Below, piece after piece: positions 39,989 to 54,336 of a stretch of DNA of 64,000 nucleotides. Positions within the stretch are counted from its first letter, which is position 1, and each line of letters starts with the position of its first letter. This DNA comes from Octopus vulgaris (lineage: Eukaryota). The stretch spans positions 5,146,001-5,210,000 of the forward strand of contig OX597830.1 in assembly GCA_951406725.2 (NCBI GenBank), given 5' to 3'. Position numbers and translations under genes: made by a program. The notes under the pieces are model-generated. The model was not told the DNA's origin, did no database searches, and saw only the letters and a list, made by a program, of their open reading frames with translations.

Positions 39989-40221
39989 AAATATCGTGTA
40001 CATTAAAACACATTAAGAGGCTTCCAAATAGGAAAGCCTTGTGCTAGAAAGAGCAGTAGAAAACTCAAACCTAGGAACTGAATTAAATGGTAAACGTTTT
40101 AAATTTTCAATCCTTTCGAGAATTTATCCCTAATTAGTGGTTTGAGTTTTCTACTGCTCTTTCTAGCACAAGGCTTTCCTATTTGGAAGCCTCTTAATGT
40201 GTTTTAATGTACACGATATTT
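39989..40221. repeat. Fold-back element: perfect 83-bp inverted arms, 67-bp spacer
   Basis: 39989-40071 is the exact reverse complement of 40139-40221; (TA)n tracts nearby on both sides. Confidence 0.95.
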
Positions 40222-40629
40222 ATATATATATATATATATTTCATCATAATCAGATATATATACATATATATTGACCTTCTCAGGTGAACTCTTTTCAAAG
40301 ACAGTTCTAGAAATAGATTGTGAGATACTTTTGCTGTATGTTTTGAACCCTAAAAATAAAATGAAAACTAACTTCCTACTAATCAGTCACTAACTTCTGT
40401 TTACAGATTAATCTATTAAAATATAGCAAGTGATAATATTTATATCCGTCAATATGAAAAATAGTATTCAATATCATGATGTAGAGCTAATTAATATGAA
40501 TAGGATTCAACAGCTAATTAGATGTCAAAAACAGAGTATGTGTGTGTGAATGTACATAAATGTGACACTGTTTTGCTGAAGCCAAACCATGAGATATCAA
40601 CTGCACGCTTGCATGGCACACACATAATT

Positions 40630-40770
40630 GGTGGGCTTCCAAAAGCTTCTATCTACCAAATACACTGAAATAGCCCAATGCTGTAGAAGATTCATTCCTC
40701 CAGTTAGGTGCTGTGCAAGCGGGACTGAACTTGATGCAAAACAAATTCTTAACCATACAACCAAGCCAGC
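40630..40770 (-). mobile_element. Degenerate SINE family A head
   Basis: GGGCTTC..TCTACCAAAT..GGGACTGAAC..AACCATACAACC. Confidence 0.6.
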
Positions 40771-42241
40771 ATTGTTATGGTGAGTGTTTGTGTGTGTGCA
40801 TGCGTACAATACCTGCACAAGTGTTTGCCTAAAAGCAACAAGATAATTATTTCTGGATGGAATGTTTCTAGCATTAACGCCATTTCACACAGAAACTTAC
40901 AACAACTAAACCTGGATATACTAATCCTTAATCAAAACTATTTTGTTTTATCAAATTCAATATTTTAATTGCGTATCTTGTCATATTCTGTGATATTCGG
41001 AAATAATTTAGTTAACTTTGCTAATACATTTCCTCGCATCAATTTTATGTTGATACTACAATGTTCAATAATTTATCTAAACTTACAAAAGTAAAAATTG
41101 AGGTAAATCCACATTGTTAACTGGTTTATTTTGTTTAAACTTGGTTCTATAAATATCTTAAATGCTGACAAATTCAAATTTAGAAGTAAATAGTTCTTTT
41201 GTGTGGTTGGTACTCTAAAGTGAAATATGAATAAAACTGTTTGACCATCAACAAATCCTTGAAATAAATTAAAATTTCCAACATGGAAATGTTGGCCATA
41301 TTTCTTGACAGTTTTACTTGTGTGAAAAAAAAATCAATGCACTGAGGAACTCCAGGAATTCTACCTATTTGCAATAAAATATTCAACTTTGAATATTTTT
41401 AAAAACTTTATTTTAATGAAGAATTGATATATCTAATTAATATCCAACAGTAAACCATTAAGATACATTTTTGCCAATATGTAATAGGAGAAATACTAAA
41501 GAAATCAAAATCAAAATTTATAAAAATTTAGCCATTTTTATTCCAACCCACCTGAAGCTGCCACAGATGAAAACTATACCATTCTAAGAGCTACATATTT
41601 AAGTCAAAACCTTCTGCCATAACTTTATGTAGGGGCCTTTGGTTAAGATATTTCCTGAACAACAGCTCAATAATGGTAAAGTTTACTAAATCACTCCAAA
41701 TTCTTTATTTTCAAAATTTAAATGAAACACATTAATGACAGGATTAAGAGGTTAATTATATTGCTACCGTTTCAACTTAAAATATTACTTCTAATTGACA
41801 GTCTGATATATCACTTCTGTAGAGATTCTGGTGTTATTACTGTAGTTCACATTTACTTTTTATGGTTGATAGAACTAACAAAGAGATTCTAGAAAAACTG
41901 ACTTTGTTTTGTTTGTCTTTTTTTTGTAAAAATTAGAATTATAATAAGTTAAAAAAAACAAATATGGTAGAATCCATAAAAAAAACAGGAGAGTCCATAT
42001 CTGCAAGTTATGAAATATATATATGCAAAATGAGAATGGTAGCCCAATAAACTAATAAAATCTACATTAATATTATGATCTGCAATTATTGTGTAATCAA
42101 CAACTTTATACCTTTATTTCTTAATTACTATTTTGCATGTAGACTAATATATACTTTTTATTAGCTGTTATAGTTGTACTTGTGCAGTGTTGCCAGCAGT
42201 TCAGAGTTAATGCAGGATTGAAGAAATCTTTATGCATCTTA

Positions 42242-42570
42242 AGCGTGGCTGTGTAGTAATACCACATGGTTCTGGATTCAGTCCCACTGCAGGCCAACCA
42301 AAGCCTTGTGAGTGGATTTGGTAGATGGAAACTGAAAGAAGCCCATTATATGTGTGTCTGTGTGTGTGTGTGTATTTGCCCCCCACCATCGCTTGACAAC
42401 CGATGTTGGTGTGTTTACATCCCTGTAACTTAGCAGTTTGGCAAAAGAGACTCACAGAATAAGTACTAGGCTTACAAAGAATAAGTGCTGGGGTCGATTT
42501 GTTCGACCTAAGGTGGTGCTCCAGCTTGGGCTCAGTCAAATGAGTGAAACAAGTAAAAGAATAAAGGAAT
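42242..42570 (+). mobile_element. SINE family A
   Basis: GTGGCTGTGTAG..GGATTCAGTCCC..AAAGCCTTGTGAGTGGATTTGGTAGA..GAAACAAGTAAAAGA. Confidence 0.88.
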
Positions 42571-43915
42571 GAAATATCAAATTGCAAAATGAGGAAATAG
42601 ATAAAAAACATAACATTTAAAATTAAGAAATTGGAATTTCACTTTGATTCTTTGAAAAAAAAAAGAAAAAACTTGGAAGAAAGGAAATGATATTGTCATA
42701 TTAAGTTAATAACATTGATAAAGCCACATTAAAACATTCAAGATGGTTTTAATTTCTTAATTTTTCATGCTCCTCTAAACATCACTATTTGTGTAGTTTA
42801 TCTCCAGCAAATTCAATAGGAAATACTGTTTTTTCTAGTAAATAAAACAAATATCTTTTAATTTCCTGTATCTATATTCATTTATAGTGTACAATAACTT
42901 GAGAAATGGAACACATATATAACATACCACTAATTTTTTAAGACATTTTTTTAATACAAAATTCAGCGAGTCTCAATATTTATTATAGAAAAGAAAAAAA
43001 GGAAAAACAAAAATGAAATCTAGCAATTATTAGTTTGTTGCATGAATGAGTAAGTTATGAGAAAATGACTGGCTACAGGAAAACAAGGAAGATATTTCCA
43101 GATGAATTATTCCTGTAAGTCACATTAATATCAAAATGGTCAGGAGATGCTACATATTTTTCTAATAATATATTAGAAAGATAATTATATTGTGTACCAT
43201 ATGAAACTAAAACCACAGAAATAGAAATGAAAGCAAATAATTTTTGAGTGGAAATAAGGAATAGAAGTAATATTAATTTCTTAAATCATTTCTTTAAAAA
43301 AAAATCATTTAAATTAAATGAAACAATACTTTTTTTGATTCTGATTGAATTACATAAAGCAGATATTTAGACAAATCTATTTCTTACAATCTTTTTCCAC
43401 ATTTAATTTATTGCTAAACTGAAATCTATGAAGAGACAATATATTTAGATGTAACAACTTGGTTTTTCTAATGTTTACAGACCTATCTACATATATAGTC
43501 TAATGTAACACAATGTCAAAGAGCAGAGACTATTATCTCCAGACATAGACATACATGAATGCACAAGTGTATACATGTATGTGTGTGGTTGTACAATTGG
43601 TTAATTCATAGAAATGATTTCATTATAGTGTAAAATGAATATTATTTACTACTTCATGCTTACAAACACACAGAGACATAACCCCTCTCCCTCCCTCTCT
43701 GAGATAAAAACCATCATTCAACTTACTATAAATTATGTAATTTAGATTATTTACACAAATTTATTTCAGAATTTATATTTTCCTTGTTATAACAAATATA
43801 TACGATAGTATACCAGTTATTCAAGTGTGTGTGTGTGTTTGTGTATTGTACATTTAATATGTAATGCTCATGATCACAGACACACATATTCACAATGATA
43901 CACAAAATTATTGCA

Positions 43916-43954
<39 letters not shown>

Positions 43955-46439
43955 AGAGTGAGATTCATAGTATATATGTTGCTTTTATAGAAATTTATAA
44001 AGTGTTTTTAAATATTTACCAACAATAAGATGTGCAAGATTTAATAAAGAATATCTATACTTAGTAAACAGGACATACATATGTGCAAGCCCTATTTTCC
44101 ACAAAGTATTCAATTCAGGATGTTAGCCATTCTATTACACAGATTTTTAATTCAAATGATAAAAAGTGTACTGATAACCAGAGTATAATAATTAAGTAGA
44201 TTCTGAGATCAAACTAGTAATAGGATAAACCTTGTCATTCATTCCTTGCAATTAATATGGTAGCAGTAATACACTGAGGTTATTCCATTTAATTTCTTCT
44301 CCCCACTCAACATTTATAGCTTTGCGCCATTGTGACAAATCATTTCTTCATGATAGACTTTAAATTAATTGTTAAAACTATATTAAAACTACAAAAAGAA
44401 AAAACAACTTAAGTTCAAGGAAACTAGAGATGGTCTGTGTTGGCAAAAGACAGTTAATGAAATTTTAACAATAATGCTTTTGACTTGTGTACTGTGTGGG
44501 AAAGTGGAGTTCTTTGAAGAAAGAACATGCCCAAAACAACAGAATTCTCACCTTTTTCAATGGTATACAAATTTATCATATTAAAATCTTATAATTCTAT
44601 TATGTCAGAGAATAGGTTATCTGAGCATTTGATAATTCAATTTACTTCTAACAGGACCGACATATTTCTTCCAGTGTATTTTCTTACAATCTTGAAATAA
44701 GACATTTACACCTTTGTCAGGATCTGAATATCTGATGAGCTTCATTATTATCTTTTTGTTTTAATGAAATAAATTATTACTAACAACAATAAAACTACCA
44801 GCTAATTATTGTAAATTAACTTTTTATTTATTTATTAAGTCTCTTTAGATGCATTAAAAGGAATTAACAATCAGTCAGACTAGAAATGATAATTCATGCA
44901 GTGACATCTTCCTTAATTTTAATAGAAAGATATCGTCAAAAAGATTTAACAAAATTCTGAAACAAAACACTTGTAAACCTTATCTAACAAATTGTAGCAT
45001 GTCGATGTCTCCTAATATTTTTTCTTTCTTGTTTGTTTTATTTGATATAACAGTTATGTTTAGTAATGATCTCACAAGTGTTCAATGCTTTATGCTGATT
45101 TGTTACAACTCATTTTTACCCAGTAGAAACTCTTCTAATAACTCATTATAAATACAAGAGGAAAAATATTATCACATTAGTTTCCACATATCAAAAAGAT
45201 TAAAATCAAACGTGTTATAATTTTATTAATGAATAACAGATATTTTAAAGTAACATTAAATCAAGTTAGTAATTTACTACATACAGCATAAATCACATTA
45301 ACAAATCAATAGTTAATAATCAATCAACAATTTAGAATCACTTTGAATTTTCTGTTTTATTTTGTTAAATCAATAGACGTATTATGTTTTGTTCCTGATC
45401 ACATTGGAAACACCCACTCACATTTCTTGAAATACATTCACAAACATTCACCGAGGATATACACATACAATTTCAATACATTAAATATCAATGTACGAGT
45501 TGGTAACTTTGTACCCATCAACTCAGATATCTTGCAGACTATACTTAAAGGAGCCCTGTCAATTTAAATTCTACCCAACCAAGAATGGATTATAAGTATA
45601 AAAAAAAACAACAAAAAGTGATGATGCAGCAAATAAACTTTTAATTGTTCCTATATTTATCACTGTGACTTTTGTTTTCTTTTGGTTTCAAGGCATTCAT
45701 ATTTTGGTTTAGAATAATACTAGGTAATATTTCATAGATATTACATCATTTGTTTACAAAATACAAACAAAAAATTTTGTTTCTTTATTAACTTGACAAA
45801 ATACAAAAATAAAATTCTCATTTCAAAACAAGATATTTAACAAAATTAAAATGAAAAATAGAAAACAATAAAAAAAAAAGTGAAAAAAACGTTAGAATCC
45901 AATATTTGTTATTTGTCTGTACCCAAAAATTAAACTGGTTCTTAGTTAAACCACTGGTTAAATCTGATGGAAAATTTTAAAAACTGATTTTTTTAAAATG
46001 TTCATTGTTACATTTAAAAAAAAAATATGACCAATTGGTCAGTGTTAACATTTTCTACTCTCTGAATAAGAGTTCATTTTTTTTCCCCTGACAGTCTGAA
46101 ATATGATGTAAAAAAAATAAATAAAATGAAATAAAAAAAAATGAAGATTGTTCCAGTTTAATTTAAACATGTGTGTTCATGTTTGACGTCATTTTAATAA
46201 AATAAACAATGAAACAACGACTCAAGTGGTCTGTTATTTTTTCTCATTGCAACATACCATCTCCATGGAAAAAGAATTATCCAGGCTATGGTATGCCACA
46301 TCTAATAATTAAATGGTTCTTCTGTTAACCAATTAAATGTCTAAAATAAAAATGCTGCTGCTTTGTATTTTCTTTGAAAAATACACACACACAAATACAC
46401 AAACACACACACATACATCAATTCCAAGGTAAAATTTGA

Positions 46440-46480
46440 CAGTGACTGAAGTTTCAGTGCTGATTGACTTCATCAGACTG
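46440..46480 (-). ncRNA. Candidate minimal type I hammerhead ribozyme
   Basis: Minus strand CAGU-CUGAUGA-AGU caaucagc ACU-GAA-AC uuca GU-C^ACUG: intact core, 4-bp stem I, 3-bp stem II, short stem III, GUC cleavage triplet. Confidence 0.5.
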
Positions 46481-49420
46481 ACTTTTCAGTGTCACAACAA
46501 AATATCCTGTCTTTTATACAATTATGGATGAATATAATGTGGTTTTCAATGATACTTAAACAGGAAAATGTTAAATATTTCCAAAGTTATGTGTTTTACA
46601 TTTGATAAAATTCATAACATATCTTGATGGATCTTTGGTTAAAAAACCCCAAAAAACAATGGAATACTTTTGAATGAATAAAGACATCATGAAAATAGAA
46701 TGTGTTAGTCTTATCAAGTTTTGTAGTCTATATGTCAAAGTTAATGGATATAGATGTTTATTTAGATTTAAACAAGTTGTAAATCAGAAAGTTACAATTC
46801 ATATTTTACTGCTAACCGAATTACATTTTCTTTAGCACATGCAGAAAAAAAATCAGTTTCATCAGGACATTCCTGGAGATTTTAAACTTTTCTTTGAATT
46901 GTTAAGCACAACACTTGCAATCCCTCACAGACTAGTAAGTTCAATGCTGTTGAAATTCCCCTTCAACTTCTACAGAAGGAAAATGTACACAACAACAGGT
47001 TCTAAAGTATCAAAGTCCTGAGAAGACAAGATTTAGCTAAAAAGTATTCAGCTTCATGTCTGGTGATTGATGAGAAAAAGTGCATTGTTTGCAGATGAGG
47101 AAAATTCATGCCATTTAGAATTCACTTGGAAAAAGGTACTTAAAAAATATTTCAATAAATGCAAATATATAAATATCTTCCAAGGAATATACATTATATA
47201 TTCACTAGTATGGAATACTTGATTAAGTTGTTCTTAAAGCAAGCAGTCTATAAACTTATCTAGCACAAGTAGAGGAACCCCCACCACCCACATTTTAATT
47301 ATAAATTCAAAACATTAAATGAACTTCACCAAAATTTACTTCAATATTGGTGCTTATATCAAATATAGAGCATATATAGAGAATAACAAACCAAAGATGT
47401 TGGGGGCGGTGAATACGAATGAAATCTCCATTCAAAATGGTTAGTCAGTAAATTTATTACATTATTTTTCATCAAATAATCTATATTAGATGACTTATGC
47501 TAAAATTTCTGACTTGTATAGTGAATCTGACACAAGGTTTCTAAAATATTAAAGAATATGGTTTGAAACTAATTTGTAAGAATATACCATAAAAACTAAA
47601 TAAGAGTTTGAAGTTAATTTTCAATGCATCACTGAAAAAGAAACCAAAAAGAAAAAAAAAAATTTCAAACTAAGCACTATTGGTTTTACTACAGACTTGG
47701 ATCAGCATTTCAGTTCTATCCTCTCATCCTAAACTGCAACAGACATGCAAGAAACAGAAAAAAAAAATTGGAATGACAAATTCTAAAAACATTGAGAAAC
47801 ATCAATAATTCATGAAATCAGTTTATACAGAAGTTGTAATTTTTCTAAGTTTTTTTTGGTTTTTTTTTACAATGAAGTTTAATTGCTTTGTTAGAGTAAT
47901 GAACAGTTTTGGAAATTATTCTCCATTAAAATCAATCAATTTCAATTAAATATTCAACTTTTATTCAAAACTTATTCCTCAGTATGTTTTGATGTTTTTT
48001 TTAATTTTCTTTTTGGTCATGTGTATATTTCTTTCTCAAAGAGAAATTCTTCTATTTTGTTCTTCTAATTCTCCTAAATAGTCATTTTATATCAAATGTG
48101 ATTAAATTCAGAATAAGAAATATTGACATTCACCTATTGAATATTCATTGTTGGCTTACTAGCAGAAGAGACTAGAATTAGAATTTCTTGCCAAAAATTA
48201 CTTCAGTGGAATTTGTCTTCAGAGGTAAAAAAAATAATGCAATGGGGGTATGCAATAAAAGTTCTTCAAATTTTGTTTCATTATTTAGAAGAATTGAATG
48301 TAAAGCTTTTAGAAATATTCAAAAAGCTCATGAAATTTAATTTTTGAATTAGAACATCTGTAGTAATATTGTAAATAAAAAAATCTATCGCTAGACAAAA
48401 GAGGCAAAACTAATGCTGGATAAATATGATTTTATTTAAAATATATATGTACTTCTGAGATGCTCCATCAACATGGTTTGATACTAAATTAAAAAATACA
48501 ATTTCTTAAAGAATATCACAGAAAATATCTTTAGAAAGCTGTGTTTTGTTTTAACAATAATTTTGTATTATTTTGTGAATTGCAGAAGCTACAGTTTTGA
48601 ATAAGCATCCCAGATGTTGATGCTATATTCCAGGTTGAATTTTTTTTTTTTGCTTGGAAATTTCTGTCACTGATATTCCATCCATGGTCAGCTCACTTTA
48701 TATATATAAAAGGTCAAGTCACTTCCCTTTTTTTTGCTATTGTAAGCTTGTGTAAATGATTATTATATCAGTTAAAGAAAAAAGAATAGATTGAAGGAAA
48801 AGTGCTGTAAAAACAGCTTTCTTCTAACACACACACACTCAAACATGTTGTAGTAATGCCACACTTACAAGAGAAAGAGAGATGTAGAAAGACAATGAGA
48901 GAATAAGGGAGTGATAGTGTAAAGAATATGTGTGTGGAAGAGAGTGAGTAGTGTGGCTTCTGTTAAGAAGAGAGGAAGGAGAGAGTCACAAAAAAGAAGG
49001 CGTGTAAAAGAAACGTTATGGCAGAGGGAGGGAGAAATGAAAAATTAAGAGACATGAGTATGAAGCAAAGAAATAAGAGAGGAGGAGAGGAGATAAAATA
49101 GTGTCTCACACAGGAGGGTGGGGGTAGACAGAGGAAGAGAGAGTGTGTGTGTTTGTATGTAAACTTTTACAGGCCTTTTGTCATTTCCCTGAAGAGAAAA
49201 AAAACATACGTCACTGCATGTGTTTATATTCTTTTACATTAAGCACATCATTTATTCCACATTCAAATAAACCAACATTTTTCGTAAATACTAAGCCAGT
49301 TGCTTTAGAACTGACTACACTAATGTTTTCATGTTTTAAAATATACCACAACTTTCTAAGAGATCAAGAGATTTGGCAGATATTACTGGTTACTCATGTG
49401 ACCTTGCAGAGAACAATAAA

Positions 49421-49626
49421 CCCTTTAGTATTTAAAATCAGTCATATGAGGCCAAATATTTTACCTGTTTTACATTCAAATGAGCCAGATTTGCTGTCTC
49501 GCACCTACCCTACAATGTCATCCTAAAAGTAAACAATCACAGCAAAAATCTTGGAGCTCTGAGATAATGCACGATTAACTTGGATAAAGGCATTACACTT
49601 GACAGAATAATCTGAATGCTAAAAGG
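49421..49626. mobile_element. piggyBac-type MITE (206 bp)
   Basis: CCCTTTAGTATTTA ... TGAATGCTAAAAGG (11/14 inverted match); right flank TTAA, left flank TAAA. Confidence 0.65.
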
Positions 49627-50849
49627 TTAAAATAGAGAATCTAGAAATGCAAGAGACATGGTTTTTTGTTTGTTAGTTGCTACTATGAGATATTAATCAG
49701 ACCAAAATACTTACAACCCTGCCCCAATAACACACCATTCCTAAAGCATTGCCCACTACTACCACCCTTAATTCAAACCTACAGATACACACATAGCCAC
49801 TCAGATCCTCATAAATTAAAGGGACTATCATTTTGTTTGTCTTTTTTGCACATCAGAGGATGTTTTGGACAGTTTTCTTTCGGAAGGGTGATGCTTGTTT
49901 TCATCTTAAAATGAATTCTATTTGGCATGATGCAATGCTGAAGAAGACATATCCACCAGTGCAATGCTATTGTTAAATGGTCGTTAATATGATGGAGATT
50001 GAGATATCACTGGAACTCTTGCTCAGTTTACTCCTTTTAACTCTCCATCTCCTGTCTTATTCAACCTCTTTCACCTCCTATCCTCTTTGCAGTACTGTTT
50101 CCAGCACAAAGAGGGTGGGCATGACATCTGATTTGTCTGCACTAAATTTCTTTATCATTTCTCATACCTAATCCTTACATCATTTCTTTTTTCTACTCTC
50201 CTAATATTTATGTAATGAGAGATGCAACTGGGTCTACCCATATTCAGTACATCATTCTGTCACCCTCCACCACTAACCGTCATTCTCTCTGCTTCCTCCA
50301 GGACACCAAGTTGACATCTATCACTCTTACCAGTGTCCGTTTTTCACCATCACTCACTTTCTCATATGACGACCAGTTTTAATTTTCGTCCCATCAAGGT
50401 ACTCATGTTGTATTTTGTTATTTAACCTTCTACATGTTGCCATCCCTTTCATCTCCTATACCACCTCTCTTACCTTTCTAACTACTTTTTATTTTGTCGC
50501 TTATAGTCCCCACTTTCACACTCACAGTCACTTGCCTGGAAAGAATGGAGACAAAGTAGAGGGGAAGAGGCGACTCAGCAACCTCTCTGGTGCTGGGATC
50601 ATATAAAATGACACCCAGTATATGTTGTAAAATTGTTGGTGATAGAACGGATATCCAACCATACAAACCATGCAGAAATGGAACTTCAGAGAAAGAACCA
50701 GAATGATAATTTGCATTTAGGATGACTGAAGATATGCACTGCACAAATGCAGCTTTCTCTTTGCAAGAAACTTGAGAATGAGTTCTATATGCAAAAAGAG
50801 TTCCAAGATTTGGAAGGTACCCTTTTTTTTTTGTTACTAATAAAATAAA

Positions 50850-51950
50850 GTGTTCAGAAAGTAGTTCCAGTTTAGCAGAAAAGGGTTATAAAAACAAATG
50901 TTTATCTCGGTTTATCTGAACAGTTTTAATCAAGAACGGAATCACCATTATTTTCAATGACTGCAGCCCAATGGGAAAGTATCTTTTTTTTTATGCCACA
51001 TTCAAAGAAACTTATTTCTTTTCCTGAGAAAAGTCTGAAAGACAGTTTTCAACTTCCCCCGTTTCTGAATGTTTTGCCTCTTTTAAAATTCTCAGATGGA
51101 AATTCTTAGGTGCTAAGTCAGGTGAGTATGGAGGATGTGGAAGAACTTCCCATCCTAACAATCTTATATTTTCTTGGTTTGTTTTGAAGAGTGTGGCTGA
51201 GCATTGTCATGCTGGAGATTAACACCTTTTCTGTTTTACAAAGCTGGCCACTTTAGATGTAATTTTTCATTTACACGATCAAGTTGTAGGCATTTGACAT
51301 CTGAATTGATGGTCCTTCCATGTTCCGGTAGCTCATAATGGATGATACCTTTCATGTTCCATCAAACACAGAGCAAGGATTTTTGTACATGGCATGGAAT
51401 TCTGGTTTTGGTGTTGGCAATTACCTCTCATTACATGGTAAACATTGTCTTTTCCATTTTCTGTTGTGATGCAAAACCTATCTCTCATCACCTGTAACAA
51501 TGGGCAGAAATGATAGGCTGTCATTCCTGGCTAGAAGACTGCTGCAGATGGTGGAATGTTGTTCATTTCTCAAGCATAAGTTCATGTAGAACCCAATTTC
51601 CCTCTTTGTATGTTTTCCCAATTTGCTCAAGATGTTTGGGGATAATTGTACATAACACGTTAAATTTTTGCTCCAAATCTCTGGTGCTTTGATGTGGATC
51701 TGATACCACAGTCTCATTCAAAAGGCTGTCATTCAGTGTAGATCATTTTCCAAAGCAAGTCTTGTCAGATATGTCACAATCGTCATCTTTAAACATTTAA
51801 AACCACAGCTAACATATACAAGCTTTAATTGCATCCACATACACTTCACAAATGTTTTTCATTGCTTCTGTAGCCGTATAATTAGTTGGTTGCAGATTAA
51901 ACAAGCATTCAAACTGTCTCTTAAATAAATGATCAATTTTAAATAATTCA
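50850..51950 (-). mobile_element. Decayed mariner (DD34D-type) transposase
   Basis: Minus strand IVTGDER (~51480-51500), LQHDNAQPH (~51190-51218), LGWEVLPHPPYSPDLAPKNFHL (~51094-51159); frameshifted; TIRs not resolved, ends approximate. Confidence 0.88.
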
Positions 51951-54183
51951 ATATGCCATTAAATATGATACAATAAAGTACTATATTTGATGGTATACAA
52001 ATGGCACATTTTTTCTACAAAAAAAAATAAGTTTCAAAAAAGTCCACCAAGGTCCTGTATCTGAAATTGAACCTATATTACACACTTTAATGCACTAAAA
52101 TCTTTTATTGTGAATATGTACTGCTGGAATTAGAGTGCATCTCCGTATTCCCATGCATCTTTTATGCCATCAAAGACTACTTTAGAATCACATTGCTTCT
52201 ATTTCTTTTGCTTTTACTTAGAATTAACAGGCAATAAGCTTTTGTCTATATTGGATTGGATTCCTTGGAACCAATTCAATACAGAGAAAGAAGTAATGTT
52301 GAAAAGTAATAGTTATCTTACTATTATAAACAGTCAACTGCTCTATCAAGTATTATATGAAAAAGGCAAACTAAACTAATAATTGAGCAATTGTCTACTG
52401 AAGCAGTGTTCACAGCAGGTAGTTTATTATTAAAGAAAAGAATTATTACATTACTTTAAACAAATGTTTAACAAAAAAGACTTTGATAAAAAATCACTTC
52501 GTTAAATAGATGAGAAATGGTAATTAAATATATTCACAACTCTAGCCAAAAAGACTGCAGCATAGAGACAGGTTTCACAGTAAATCATATTCTTCACATT
52601 GCTTTGTGAATGGCCGACTCTTCTATAACCATATGTATTTCCCAATATTTCCCTTACAGGTTAGGAACAAATCAATCTTTCTAAACATTTACACTTAAGT
52701 TAAGAAGCAATTTTCTTTTGAAATAGCTTGGAAAGTTTTATAGGTATTGTTCACAGCAGCTAGTTTACAAGCAGAACAGATAACAATCAACTACAAAAAG
52801 CAGGTATCTTAAAGAGATTTATTTTCAGTACAAATAAGAATATTTCATCTCACAATTATCAGACAAATTTTACCTGATTTCCAAAATTTGCTCTTAATTT
52901 ACAGTATGACACTACCACATGGTACTGCAATTGTCAGACAATCCTGGAACGTAATATGATCACAAGAATCATGCTAACCTTGAGTACAAAGGAAGTAAAA
53001 AATCTCTCTAATGTAAGGGAGAAGATGAATCCCCTCAACTATTCATTCCTCTTCCATAACAGAATCATTACAAGACCAGGTTTTTGGCTTAGAAATTTTT
53101 CAACAGTATGTCAAAGTTTAAACTTCTGTTTCACAGATGCTGATAGCACAAAGTTCAATTTTGAAGCTGAAGGCAACTGGGTAATTAAATCCAATTAAAA
53201 TAGTTCCATGTAGGATATGAAATTAGATATGAAAATGTAAACAAAGTTCCTAATCTGCACCAATTACCATCAATGATATGTAGAGATATGAGCGGTGATA
53301 AAACTTATCTGACACTATTTGTGTCTTCCAAATTCACTTGCGTTTTGTAACAATGTTCAAATATAACCCAGCACAGAGAAAGGAACTACTGAGCCAATGA
53401 AGGAAACCATGTAGTCACTTGATCTGAGAAAAATGTAAGCTCATCAGAGCCGGAACACTTTTGATCACAAGTGGTGTGCTGGGTCAAAATTTGAATAACA
53501 ACTGAGGGTTTTATTAACGACCTTTAAGAAACTGTCATAGCAGTCCATGATCTTTTATCATTGATTAGCAAAAGTCAGTGGAACTACCTGTTCATTTAAT
53601 GTGTTTAAATTGTAAATTTACAACCAGCTTACCTGAATTAATGCAACATAACTTGCAACTGCATTAAGTGAAGCAACTGTATAATACTGAATTACATTTT
53701 AAAGCAGACATCCAAAGCAGGTCTACTTTGAAAATTTATTTTAATGTAAAATGCTTTTACATTTGATTTACTCCCTGTGAGAGGAGACGGAACAACATTT
53801 CATTTAAACAAGATTATGTAAATGTTAACACTATTGATCTCTGACAAAATTTCAAAGAAATAATCATTAATCTTTTCTACTTGAAGAGGTATGGTATGGT
53901 ATTGAAAGATGAAGAAGGGAACAAAGTGGGTATATAACCCAGAAGGAATTATAATGGGTCGGTGGGGGATTAACAGAATCAAACTGAGAAAATGGCTCCA
54001 ATAAAAGTGAAGGGGGGACAGAAGTTACTCCAATAGTTTGAATATGTAAAAAGTTATGAAAATTCCACAAAATAGGATTTCATGCAACAATGGCTACAAG
54101 AATTTTTGAAACAGATCTATTTAAAATATTCCAGTGCATGAAAATGGATAAAATATAGATTATGATACTGATGTATTCAAACA

Positions 54184-54315
54184 TAATCATTTAATATCGG
54201 TTTACTTCACTAGCATAAGTTGAATGATCAACCAGGCACAATGAATCAGTAGACAGCAGAGTTTTTTTATGTCAGCTTTGGCATGGTTTCTACAACTGGA
54301 TATCTTTTCTAATCC
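54184..54315 (-). mobile_element. Old RTE 3'-tail fragment
   Basis: TCATTTAATATCGG..CTAGCATAAGTTG..TTTGGCATGGTTTCTACAACTGGAT. Confidence 0.6.
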
Positions 54316-54336
54316 AAGAAAAATGATTAGATTTCG

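Noticed and set aside
50040-50780. Possible RTE 5'/endonuclease relic on the minus strand
   Set aside because: Too decayed to support with a clear motif.
53633-53676. Minus-strand 44-nt exon candidate
   Set aside because: Good donor but no polypyrimidine tract at the acceptor.
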